From the IMG/VR virus record IMGVR_UViG_3300009130_000002: a DNA stretch of 64,000 nucleotides. One strand, given 5' to 3'. Origin of the DNA: a virus. A model generated the notes under the pieces. That model was given only the letters and a program-made list of their open reading frames with translations. It ran no database searches and was not told where the DNA came from. Both the position numbers and the translations under genes were made by a program. Below are positions 1 to 8,840 of the stretch, one piece after another (position 1 is the first letter of the stretch; the number at the start of each line of letters is the position of its first letter).

Positions 1-2
1 GA

Positions 3-710
3 AAATCTCTTGCGCTATTTGGCGGAACTGGATTTAAGAGAGCAGCACTCAGCGGTGCGGCTAGCTTGTTTCTTACTGGCTACGATGCCTACTTGGGTTA
101 CCAAGAAGAAGGAGTTTGGGGTGCAGTTAAGGGTGCTGGAACAGGTATGCTTATTGGTGCAGCTTTCAACAAGGCAGTCCCAGCTGTCTTTGGTCCAGGC
201 TGGCAAGGAGCAAAAGCGGGATGGGGCCTAGGTAACGCTGTGGGTGGAGTTGGAGGAATTCGCAAAGCAGCAGCAATGCATAAAGCTGCACAAGGTGGTG
301 CGACTGTTGCATCAACCACTGCTCTTGCAGTTAGAACAGCTGGTGTTGGAAATCAACTAGTAAAGGTTGGTATGGCTGGTAGAGCTGCAGGAACGGCTAT
401 GGCTTGGGGCTATGGTTTAGCCTTTGGAGCTGCAGGAGCCGTTGGAGCTACACTCTTGAGTCCACTAGCTTTGGCGGGTATGGGGGCCATGGCAGTAGCT
501 GATAGAGCAGTTGATTTTTATGAAAGAGGAACGCAAGCAGGTATCAGAGAGAGGCAGGTTAGAAACCTAGAAATGGGAGCACCAGTTGCAGACCCATTTG
601 GAACCATCTCAACTTTAAGACAAAGAAGTTTATCTGCATTACAAAATAGCCACGTCAATGGACGGATGGCACTAGGAAATGAGGCAGCACTTCTTCATTC
701 CAGTTTTTAG
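3..710 (+). CDS. Gly/Ala-rich (glycine-zipper) putative virion/membrane protein, 5'-truncated by window edge
   Basis: Frame is open from position 3 (KSLALFGGTGFKRAALSGAASLFLTGY...), so the track start at 66 is not the true start. Many GxxxG/GA hydrophobic segments, then a polar helical C-terminus (TLRQRSLSALQNSHVNGRMALGNEAALLH). Ends TAG at 710. Confidence 0.7.
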   Translation, partial: KSLALFGGTGFKRAALSGAASLFLTGYDAYLGYQEEGVWGAVKGAGTGMLIGAAFNKAVPAVFGPGWQGAKAGWGLGNAVGGVGGIRKAAAMHKAAQGGATVASTTALAVRTAGVGNQLVKVGMAGRAAGTAMAWGYGLAFGAAGAVGATLLSPLALAGMGAMAVADRAVDFYERGTQAGIRERQVRNLEMGAPVADPFGTISTLRQRSLSALQNSHVNGRMALGNEAALLHSSF

Positions 711-722
711 GAGGCATAGGTT

Positions 723-1412
723 ATGATTAGAGCAGGAGCAGCACAGGAGTTTTTCAGCAATATTGTTGGTAAAGGTCGAGGTTATTCTGAAGTGGATAGC
801 ATGGAATCTGGAATGGGTTCAGACATGTTGAAAGCAGCATTTGATTTTGCTGGAAAAAGCGGAGTCCATGCAGCAACAGCTGTTGGGGCTGTGGGTGGAG
901 CTGTTGGTGGAATACTTAGTAGCGATGCAGATCAATCCTGGTATACAGGAGCTGCGCAAGGTGCCTTTGCTGGAACCCAAATAGCAAGAAGAGGGCTTGG
1001 TGGAAGAGGTGTTGCTGGAGCTGTCATGGGTGGTTTGTATGGTATGGGGGCAGATGATACCAGTATAATGGGTGGAGCATTGATGGGTGGCTTAGGAGCT
1101 GGAGCAGGTGTGAGATATGCAAGACATGGATTTAGAGCAGGAAGAAGAGCACCAGCAGCTTATAGAAACAAAAAGGGAGAAGCGACAAAGAGAGGTTTCG
1201 TAGGTAGGGTTGGATTCGGAATGAATGCTGTTAAAAATGCAGTGAGAAGAGATGTTGGTTATAATTGGAGACAACAGAATCCAATCAGGAAAAATAGATC
1301 AGGTGGAGTTAATGTTCGTTCTCAGCCAGCTGGCAGACCACAACTGCAACTTCCTGCAGCTCGTGGACCTAAACGAGTTAACGGGGCAATCCCACTTGGT
1401 GGCGGTTCTTAA
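723..1412 (+). CDS. Gly-zipper protein with basic C-terminal tail (hypothetical, putative virion/membrane protein)
   Basis: GGAGG at about 710-715 upstream of the ATG. Two Gly-rich hydrophobic repeats (AVGAVGGAVGGILSSDADQS / VAGAVMGGLYGMGADDTS) followed by an Arg/Lys-rich tail. Confidence 0.7.
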   Translation: MIRAGAAQEFFSNIVGKGRGYSEVDSMESGMGSDMLKAAFDFAGKSGVHAATAVGAVGGAVGGILSSDADQSWYTGAAQGAFAGTQIARRGLGGRGVAGAVMGGLYGMGADDTSIMGGALMGGLGAGAGVRYARHGFRAGRRAPAAYRNKKGEATKRGFVGRVGFGMNAVKNAVRRDVGYNWRQQNPIRKNRSGGVNVRSQPAGRPQLQLPAARGPKRVNGAIPLGGGS

Positions 1413-1427
1413 AAGAAAGGATAATGA

Positions 1428-3482
1428 ATGAGAGATCTAAATACCTGTTCTCAGAAATGCTTTAAATGCATTAAAGGGTATAAGAGAAAACACTCCCTAA
1501 TTCAGGGCCAATCATTTGAGATTAACTGCAATGGCATCCCTGATCATTATATCCCCCTGAGTATATTGGAGGATATTCCAGAAACAGAAAGAGAGATCGC
1601 TCTTGCAATGGTAGATCCTGTTGCATGGGCTGCACAAACTCTTGACTGGCATTGCCTTGATCCCGAGGGAGAGGTCTGGAAAAGAAAAAACCCTGATGAG
1701 TATTATGCCTGGAAAGAAAAGAATCCAGATGCAAGTATTTTTGGGAAGTCTAGATATCATCGACCTTATCAAGCAACAATGCTCAGGTGCACTGCAAAGC
1801 GTAAAGTGTTTAGGATTGGACGACAGGCAGGAAAGACAGAAACACTAGTGGTAGCAATGCTCTATGCATTATTTACAAAGCCAGGAATCCCAGCAAATGA
1901 AGGCTTTAAGATAATCCTGATTACACCCTATCAGGCACAAATCGATTTAATCTTCAACAGGATGATGCAGCTGGTGCGCTCCAACCCTGTCACACAAAAC
2001 TCGATAAGAAGAAACGTAAAGGCACCAATTTACACAGTGGAGCTACACAATGAAAGTATTATTCGCGGTTTTACTGCTGGGACTAAGTCTGGCGGTAACG
2101 CTGAAGCTGTTCGTGGACAACACGGTAATATGCTTGTATTTGACGAAGCAGACTACCTCAGCTCTGGCGACATGGATGCCGCTTTAAGTATTATTACCAA
2201 CTATCCGAATGCTACAGTTTGGATGAGTTCCACTCCTTCTGGTAAGAGGGAGAGGTTTTTCCAAACATGCAATAGTAAGATTTTTAAAGAATACCATTTC
2301 ACATCAGAGGTTAACCCCATGTGGAATGATGAATTAGAGTCTCTTTTTAGAGAGCAATTAACAGAAATCGGTTATGATCATGAAATTTTGGCTAACTTTG
2401 GTGAACAAGAGCAAGGTGTTTTTCAAAATAATTACATCCAGGCAGCAAAAGCTAGATATAATTATGGAGACCTTCCATATAAAAACACATGGACCTATAC
2501 AATCGGAGTAGACTGGAATGACATAGGAAACGGTACAACTATTTCTGTTCTTGGATTTAATCCTGCAGAGAATATGTTTTATGTTGTAGATAGAGCCGTT
2601 GTTTCCAGGGAAGGTTGGACGCAGTTAAGTGCATGCCACAAGATTGCAGAATACAATAGACTCTGGAGGCCTATCGTTATTTATATCGATGCAGGCTTTG
2701 GTGGTACGCAATATGAGGTTCTCAGAAAGTATGGCTTTGATTCTTTAAGTGACCCGACAAAGGGCCCAACACATCCAGATTCTCGTTTAAGAGATATTGT
2801 TAAAAAATATGATTTCGGTAGTAAGGTTGACGTACACGATTTATTTACTAAAAGATTAACTAGTAAACCTGCAAAACCCTTTTTGGTTGAGAGTACAGTT
2901 CGTAGATTTGAAACTAACGATATTAGGTTTCCTGAAAGTGATGAAAAATTGGAAGCCCAACTTCAAGGTTATATTATTGATCGGATAACTCCCACGGGAA
3001 CTCCGGTTTATGCTGCAGGTGATGAGTCAGCTGGTGACCATGCTCTGGACGCATTAATGCTCTCTGTGCTAGGATTTACCTTGGAGGTCACTCCCTTAGG
3101 CAAGCCGAAGTATGATACGGGTATCGCTTTTTCTGGAAAGTTCGGAGAAGGAGTAGATGCTCTTATACACGAAGGAGATACGGTTGTTCATCCAGGAAAT
3201 CGAAAAGAAAAACTACAGGAAGAAAAAGAAAGACAAAGGCCAGCATCAGGAAGAGATTCTGTTGTGAATAAACAGACTGCTCTCTTGGGAACTCAAGGTT
3301 CGCTTCCTGCCTCAAATACCCACAAGGGCAAACAGAATGTTGGTTTATGGGCTTGGCCAGGATTTGGACATGATGCCCCAAAGCCACGAGTAAGAACCCT
3401 TACCGAGGCTGAAAGTGAAGCCAAGAAAAGAATAGGCTTAAGACCAAAACTATCAAACAAGCCAGTTAGAAAAAAATTCTAA
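1428..3482 (+). CDS. terL: Terminase large subunit
   Basis: Q-motif (RPYQ), Walker A FRIGRQAGKT, Walker B MLVFDEAD, motif III SSTP, RNase H-like nuclease acidic motifs IGVDWN, IYIDAG and DHALDAL. RBS AAAGGA. Confidence 0.95.
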   Translation: MRDLNTCSQKCFKCIKGYKRKHSLIQGQSFEINCNGIPDHYIPLSILEDIPETEREIALAMVDPVAWAAQTLDWHCLDPEGEVWKRKNPDEYYAWKEKNPDASIFGKSRYHRPYQATMLRCTAKRKVFRIGRQAGKTETLVVAMLYALFTKPGIPANEGFKIILITPYQAQIDLIFNRMMQLVRSNPVTQNSIRRNVKAPIYTVELHNESIIRGFTAGTKSGGNAEAVRGQHGNMLVFDEADYLSSGDMDAALSIITNYPNATVWMSSTPSGKRERFFQTCNSKIFKEYHFTSEVNPMWNDELESLFREQLTEIGYDHEILANFGEQEQGVFQNNYIQAAKARYNYGDLPYKNTWTYTIGVDWNDIGNGTTISVLGFNPAENMFYVVDRAVVSREGWTQLSACHKIAEYNRLWRPIVIYIDAGFGGTQYEVLRKYGFDSLSDPTKGPTHPDSRLRDIVKKYDFGSKVDVHDLFTKRLTSKPAKPFLVESTVRRFETNDIRFPESDEKLEAQLQGYIIDRITPTGTPVYAAGDESAGDHALDALMLSVLGFTLEVTPLGKPKYDTGIAFSGKFGEGVDALIHEGDTVVHPGNRKEKLQEEKERQRPASGRDSVVNKQTALLGTQGSLPASNTHKGKQNVGLWAWPGFGHDAPKPRVRTLTEAESEAKKRIGLRPKLSNKPVRKKF

Positions 3483-3500
3483 TTGTCTTCAGGAGTTAAT

Positions 3501-3854
3501 ATGACATTTGTGGTAAAAAAAATAGATTCAAATACAGAGCTTAGTGCTGACAATACTTTTCAGAATCCCCTCTGCTTCACTTTTGATGGAATAGTTGGGG
3601 GGAGTAAACTAATGCAACTCCTGGTTGAGAATACCGGTAATGCGCCAGAAAGCGGTTTGGAAGCAAGGGTAATAAATAACACGACTGGTGGCGTAGTAAC
3701 TGTGCAATTTGGCTCAACTGGAGATGCTTGGGATAATACCTACGCTATCCCAGATATCCCAGCAGGACAATCTCAAGTCTTCTGGGTGAAGATTGATATT
3801 CTGGCAGGACAATCGATCCAAGTTTTTAAAGGCATAAAGATTCAGGTGGCGTAA
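3501..3854 (+). CDS. Small beta-sandwich (CARDB/Ig-like) hypothetical protein
   Basis: AGGAG at 3491-3495 favours ATG 3501 over the track TTG 3483. Pattern LLVENTGN...IPDIPAGQSQVFWV resembles CARDB-type Ig folds. Confidence 0.55.
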   Translation: MTFVVKKIDSNTELSADNTFQNPLCFTFDGIVGGSKLMQLLVENTGNAPESGLEARVINNTTGGVVTVQFGSTGDAWDNTYAIPDIPAGQSQVFWVKIDILAGQSIQVFKGIKIQVA

Positions 3855-4564
3855 TGAGCAGTAAACTAGATTATGACAGCAGGGATCTACTTGAGTATAG
3901 ACCAGATATTGGGTTTATTGAACCAGAGGTTCAAAGCGAAGAACCTCCAGAGAAGTTATATACACAGCATATAGATCCAAAGACTCCAGTTCTGGTTGCA
4001 AAGGCAACACAAAAGTTTGCAGAGAATATTGAGAAAGTTGCAGAATCTGTACAAGAGGAGGCAGATCGCTTGTCTGAAGGGTTTTGCATCACTCTGGACA
4101 GAAAAAGAGATTATACTGCAATAATGGCAATGCGCAGACACTACCCAAATAGTGATCCCTTTAAGATTTGTTATGAACAATACAAGCAATGCAAGGAACA
4201 TTTACGAGAAGTTGCAAATGGAACCTCAAGTAAAATGCTTACAGCTGTTTCAAAAGAGACCATCAATAAAGAAAAAGCAGCAATAAATAAAGCGTTTGGT
4301 TCAAGCTCTACAAATAGAGATCTTAGTGAAATCCTAAGTAGTATTGGTCCGAAATCAGATATGCGACCAACCGATAAGCTGTTAGAACCCTTGGATATTG
4401 AAGAGTTTCAAGATACTGCTCTTAGACAGTTAGCAAATATGCTCTGGAAGAAATTTATCAAACCGGTAATCCCCTTGCCTCCGGGCATCTCCTTTTTACC
4501 TGATGAGATTGCTCCAATGCCCAAGGGCTCAATAACTCCAGACCAAATGATGGGTAAGAAATAA
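3854..4564 (+). CDS. Hypothetical protein (head-module associated)
   Basis: 236-aa ORF coupled to the previous gene by TAATG; mainly helical with a few Cys; no motif recognised. Confidence 0.7.
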   Translation: MSSKLDYDSRDLLEYRPDIGFIEPEVQSEEPPEKLYTQHIDPKTPVLVAKATQKFAENIEKVAESVQEEADRLSEGFCITLDRKRDYTAIMAMRRHYPNSDPFKICYEQYKQCKEHLREVANGTSSKMLTAVSKETINKEKAAINKAFGSSSTNRDLSEILSSIGPKSDMRPTDKLLEPLDIEEFQDTALRQLANMLWKKFIKPVIPLPPGISFLPDEIAPMPKGSITPDQMMGKK

Positions 4565-4565
4565 A

Positions 4566-6485
4566 ATGGAATCTTTTGGACCTACTTATACTGCAGATTG
4601 TGAAATGATAGTTCGAGTCTTCGAAAAGGCAGCAATCTATTCTACAGATCCTAGGTCTGTTTATTCCATGACAACTCCCATCCTAAGTAAAATCAGATCT
4701 GATGCACGTAATGCCCAGGATCAGTTTCAAGGACAATTCGATCTTTCTGATAGTCTAGACAAGGAGCGTATCCCTCAGAACGCAGGAATGAATAAGATAA
4801 CAAATAGTTATGATAATACTTCTGCTTTTAATATTGCTACAAACACTTCTGAGGATAAGGATTTTTATCAAGATCTTGCAAACTCTGCCTCCAATTCGAT
4901 TAATGACAATCCGACAGACAAGTCTCAAGATACAGAAGGAACTAATGCGATTGCTGACTTCTTTTATGGCTCCGAAGGTGACAGGAATAGCGCTCAACAA
5001 TGGATGAGTGACTGCATTCCTTGTGAAAATAGAATTAGAGCTGCTGGAGAATTTGTAGAGAATTTTTTTACTGGGGAAGGAACAAATGCCTATGACCAGT
5101 GGCTAGATATTCAGCAACAACATCTTCTTGGTGCAGTTCAGAAGTTAAAGTCAATTTTAGATATGTTTAGAAATCAAGGGGCAAGTGCAATGCATAGCAT
5201 CTGTGCTTTCTTCGATCAATTCAATGCGAAGTGGTGCCCTTCAGATATATTGGTTATGATCAAAGCCCTCTCGGGATTACTTATAAAAATATCAATTGAT
5301 CTTCTTGGGGATTTTAATTTTTTAGCAAGTCTTGTTGCTGCACTGATTACTCCTATCTTAAGCACGGTAGTTCAGTTATTAAAAAATTTAATCATGGCTA
5401 TTGTAGATCCTGTCTGGTGTATGATTGATGGGCTGCAAGAAGCTGTGTTAACTATGATTAGTGGAGCCTCAGAGCTTACAGAATTTGCAGAGGATGTAAC
5501 TGGTCGTGCAGGCTTTGGTGCTGGAATGACTGCTGCAGATAGAGCGCCAAAAGATATTCCCGAATTAAAAGACTTCCCTTGGACGACAGAAGATAGGGTT
5601 AACCAGACATTTGCCAGAACTGTTCCTGATTATGAACAAGCCACTATTATGAGGAAAAAGCATCCATGGGCACCAGATATGTCTATGGAAGTCCCCAAGG
5701 TTAAAAGCAGAAAAGAAGATAGAGTTTCTCTTTTTGATTATCGAGCAACTTCTGAAAATGACTGGACATATGCTCACTTTTTGGAGCTTGATCAGAAAAA
5801 AGCAAGCATGGATAAGCTTGTAGCAGAAGGCAAGATGACCAAAGATAATAAAGATTATCAGGCTGTTAGTAAAGAATGGAATGATGCGAATTTAAGAAGG
5901 TATATGAAAAATACGCAAGACTTTATTCAAGCCACAGAAGATTTGCAACAAAAAACAGATAGCTTTATTCGAACAATGATAGATAATTTAATGGAGTTTG
6001 CTTTGTGGGTAGAAAACTTATTTAGGGATACTATACTTGAGTTTGGCAAGCTTGTGGGAGATTCCTTTACTGTGGAGATGGGTTTCTTGAATAAGTCTGG
6101 TCAAAAATTAACAGCTATTCAGTCGATTTTATTATTAACTACTCTGTTAAAATGGGATGGAAAATGTGATAATGAAGAAAAGCTACAAGAACTACTAACT
6201 GAAGTTTATGGCTATGGTCCGAAAACTGTAATCTTAACAGAGGATGGGAAAGTCAAAATTGTTGATGAGCAAACAGGTGAGTTTGCAGGTCCTGTAGCAA
6301 GGTGGACCGCAATGGATATTGGAGAGATTGGGAATCCTCAATTAGATGCAGCAATGACTTCTTTACAAGAAAAGTTTACATCTCCCACAGAAATGGTATT
6401 TTCTTGCAATAAATCAAGTTCTTCCGAAATAAGTACGGCGCAAGTTAATCAGTGGATTCAGGAACTACAAAACACAACGACATAA
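4566..6485 (+). CDS. Hypothetical helical protein with Cys motifs and an amphipathic/hydrophobic core (probable virion protein)
   Basis: 639-aa ORF between TerL and portal. Motifs SDCIPCENRI and WCPSDIL; long hydrophobic helical stretch (ILVMIKALSGLLIKISIDLL...VWCMI). Confidence 0.7.
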   Translation: MESFGPTYTADCEMIVRVFEKAAIYSTDPRSVYSMTTPILSKIRSDARNAQDQFQGQFDLSDSLDKERIPQNAGMNKITNSYDNTSAFNIATNTSEDKDFYQDLANSASNSINDNPTDKSQDTEGTNAIADFFYGSEGDRNSAQQWMSDCIPCENRIRAAGEFVENFFTGEGTNAYDQWLDIQQQHLLGAVQKLKSILDMFRNQGASAMHSICAFFDQFNAKWCPSDILVMIKALSGLLIKISIDLLGDFNFLASLVAALITPILSTVVQLLKNLIMAIVDPVWCMIDGLQEAVLTMISGASELTEFAEDVTGRAGFGAGMTAADRAPKDIPELKDFPWTTEDRVNQTFARTVPDYEQATIMRKKHPWAPDMSMEVPKVKSRKEDRVSLFDYRATSENDWTYAHFLELDQKKASMDKLVAEGKMTKDNKDYQAVSKEWNDANLRRYMKNTQDFIQATEDLQQKTDSFIRTMIDNLMEFALWVENLFRDTILEFGKLVGDSFTVEMGFLNKSGQKLTAIQSILLLTTLLKWDGKCDNEEKLQELLTEVYGYGPKTVILTEDGKVKIVDEQTGEFAGPVARWTAMDIGEIGNPQLDAAMTSLQEKFTSPTEMVFSCNKSSSSEISTAQVNQWIQELQNTTT

Positions 6486-6497
6486 AAGGGGTTTTTT

Positions 6498-8702
6498 ATG
6501 AAGATATTTGGAATAGAATTTAAATCAAAAAAAGAAGCACTAGAAATAGTGGAAGTGATCGAAGACAAGGTCCCAGAAGTCAAGGCTATTATTCCTGCCA
6601 GCAAGAAACCTGCAATTGTCCCTCCTGTAAGAGATCCAGCGTTATCTTATTATTCTAATACTGGAATTTCAAGAAGAAGTAACTTTCAGTTACCAGAGTA
6701 TGATCTTGCAGAAATTGGTAGAGTTGAAGACGTTGAGAGTTTTACTCGACAAGCATTTGATAAAAAAGTGGCCTTAATGTTTAAAGAAGGTTGGGACTTC
6801 GTTGGCAAAAACCCAAAGACCTTAAAGTATATTCAGATGCGATTCGATCAAATCGCACAAGCTTCAAATTCTTCTACTTCAGGTTTGTTCAGAAGCATTG
6901 GTTCCTCTTTAATCAGAAAATCAAACTGTTTTGTTGTTAAAGTTCGCAAGATTGAGGCTTCTGGAGGCAAGGTGAGAACTCCACCAGGAAAGAAAGCTTC
7001 TCTGATTCCTGTAGCAGGCTACTTTATCGCACCTGCAGAGACCATGGAGTATAGAATTTCTGGAAACAGGATTGCTAAATGGCGACAGAGAATGCCTGAT
7101 GGAACGAAAAAAGAATACGGAACAGATAATATTATTCACTTTCATATGGATAGAAAAGAAGGATTTGTTTTTGGTACACCCACGATTGTTCCTGTATTAG
7201 ATGATATTCGTGCATTAAGAAAAATAGAAGAAAATATCGAGCTTTTAATTTATCAACATCTGTTTCCTTTGTTTCAGTATAAGGTTGGAACCCCTGAAGC
7301 ACCTGCAGGCATTACAGAAACTGGACAAAGAGAAATCGATGTGGTTAGACAAGAGATTCAGTATATGCCATCAGAAGGTGGAATTGTCACTCCTGAACGT
7401 CATGAAATCAGTACGATTGGAGCAGAGGGTCGAGCGCTTAGAGCTGAAGCATATCTGGAATATTTCAAGAAAAGAGTAATCTCTGGCTTGGGAATTTCTG
7501 CTGTTGACTTGGGAGAGGGTTCAACTTCGAATAGATCCACTGCAGATAATATGTCTCGTAACCTTATTGATTCCGTAAAGAATGTCCAGCAGATCATGGA
7601 GGCTTTTGTTAATCAACATTTGATTAATGAATTGCTATTAGAGTCTACCTTTGGAGACGAGGTTCTTGATGATGAAAATATCGTTAAAGTTAAATTCAAA
7701 GAGATTGATATTGATGCTCAAATCAAAAAAGAGACTCACCTTGCAGATCAATTTAATAAGGATATGATTACTCACGATGAGGGTCGTAGACGTATGGGTT
7801 ATGAGCCTTTAGTTATCCCAACACCTGAAGAAATTGATAGCCAAACAGACAGTGCAGATAATTATCCAGAGTGGCATAAAACAAGATGGAAAATGTTTCA
7901 GATGCCTACTCTGTTGATTCAAGCACTTGATGAGCCATTCTCCCCAGTAGCAAAAGCACTGGCTAAAGACAATTCTGTTAGTATGACTTCTGGTGACTTT
8001 AGTGAGTCTAGCAATGAGAAGCAAACGAAGGAGCTAGAATTAGTCAAAGCTAAAAAGCCAGATCCTAAACCTGCTCAGCCAGCCAAGAAGAAAGACGGAT
8101 ATTTAACAAGTACATTTAATCAAACCAAGCAAGATGTTTTGTTTAGAATATCTGCTAAAAGCAGATTAGAAAAAGATTGGATAGCTGCACTTGTGAGAGC
8201 AGAGTTGTTGACGGGGATTCAGACCTTACTGTCAGAACAAATGATAGCTTATAGAAATGGGTACGGAAAACATGCAAATACTTTTGATCCGAAATTTATA
8301 GAAGGAACAATGGTTGCAAGAACATTTTTTAGAGATAGGCTAGAGCGCTATATACATCGCTTAACAGAAGAGATTATTTCTTCCCTTAAACGAAATGTTT
8401 CTGAGAATGCAACCTCTCAAGAAATGCTATCTAAGGCTAGAGCTATTTTTGATTCTTTTGAATTTAGAACTAGATTTATTGAAGATGTTGAAATTCGAAA
8501 AGCATTTAATTTTGGAGAAGTTATTGCACAAAGAGACCTTGGAATTGAGTCTCTTTTTGTGTATAGTGATCAAGGAACGTGTGAAATCGGGAATGCACTA
8601 AAAGGGAAACAAGTACAATTAAAAAATATCACCTTAGAAGATGTCCCCCCATTTCATGCAAAGTGTAGCTACACTCTTGTTCAAAACATTCCAGAAGAAT
8701 AA
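6498..8702 (+). CDS. Portal protein with C-terminal MuF/SPP1-gp7-like head-morphogenesis domain
   Basis: Position between TerL and protease. Portal-like motifs (IIHFHMDRKEGFVFGTP, IRALRKIEENIELL, LFQYKVGT, FKKRVISGLGIS, VKVKFKEIDID). C-terminus RTRFIEDVEIRKAFNFG...CEIG...PPFHAKCS resembles the MuF signature. Confidence 0.85.
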   Translation: MKIFGIEFKSKKEALEIVEVIEDKVPEVKAIIPASKKPAIVPPVRDPALSYYSNTGISRRSNFQLPEYDLAEIGRVEDVESFTRQAFDKKVALMFKEGWDFVGKNPKTLKYIQMRFDQIAQASNSSTSGLFRSIGSSLIRKSNCFVVKVRKIEASGGKVRTPPGKKASLIPVAGYFIAPAETMEYRISGNRIAKWRQRMPDGTKKEYGTDNIIHFHMDRKEGFVFGTPTIVPVLDDIRALRKIEENIELLIYQHLFPLFQYKVGTPEAPAGITETGQREIDVVRQEIQYMPSEGGIVTPERHEISTIGAEGRALRAEAYLEYFKKRVISGLGISAVDLGEGSTSNRSTADNMSRNLIDSVKNVQQIMEAFVNQHLINELLLESTFGDEVLDDENIVKVKFKEIDIDAQIKKETHLADQFNKDMITHDEGRRRMGYEPLVIPTPEEIDSQTDSADNYPEWHKTRWKMFQMPTLLIQALDEPFSPVAKALAKDNSVSMTSGDFSESSNEKQTKELELVKAKKPDPKPAQPAKKKDGYLTSTFNQTKQDVLFRISAKSRLEKDWIAALVRAELLTGIQTLLSEQMIAYRNGYGKHANTFDPKFIEGTMVARTFFRDRLERYIHRLTEEIISSLKRNVSENATSQEMLSKARAIFDSFEFRTRFIEDVEIRKAFNFGEVIAQRDLGIESLFVYSDQGTCEIGNALKGKQVQLKNITLEDVPPFHAKCSYTLVQNIPEE

Positions 8703-8717
8703 AAATTTTGTAAAAAC

Positions 8718-8746
8718 TTGATTCTTTTAGGAAATAAGTCTAATAT
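8718..8746 (+). promoter_or_regulatory. Putative sigma70/sigmaA-type promoter for the head operon
   Basis: TTGATT (8718-8723), 17-nt spacer, TAATAT (8741-8746) in the largest intergenic gap of the window. Confidence 0.45.
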
Positions 8747-8815
8747 AAGAAATTGACACCCCTGAAAATATTAGATAAATAAAGATTAGATTAGATAGAT
8801 TAGACTTAAATTAGA
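8735..8815. repeat. ATTAGA repeat cluster with a 10-bp inverted repeat
   Basis: ATTAGA at 8770, 8785, 8790, 8799, 8810 and its reverse complement TCTAAT at 8739. TAAGTCTAAT (8735-8744) and ATTAGACTTA (8799-8808) are a perfect inverted pair. Confidence 0.75.
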
Positions 8816-8840
8816 ACCATTGCATTGGAGCAATATCTTT

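Noticed and set aside
8753-8781. Second promoter with a perfect TTGACA
   Set aside because: The hexamer at 17-nt spacing is TAAATA, a poor -10; not called separately.
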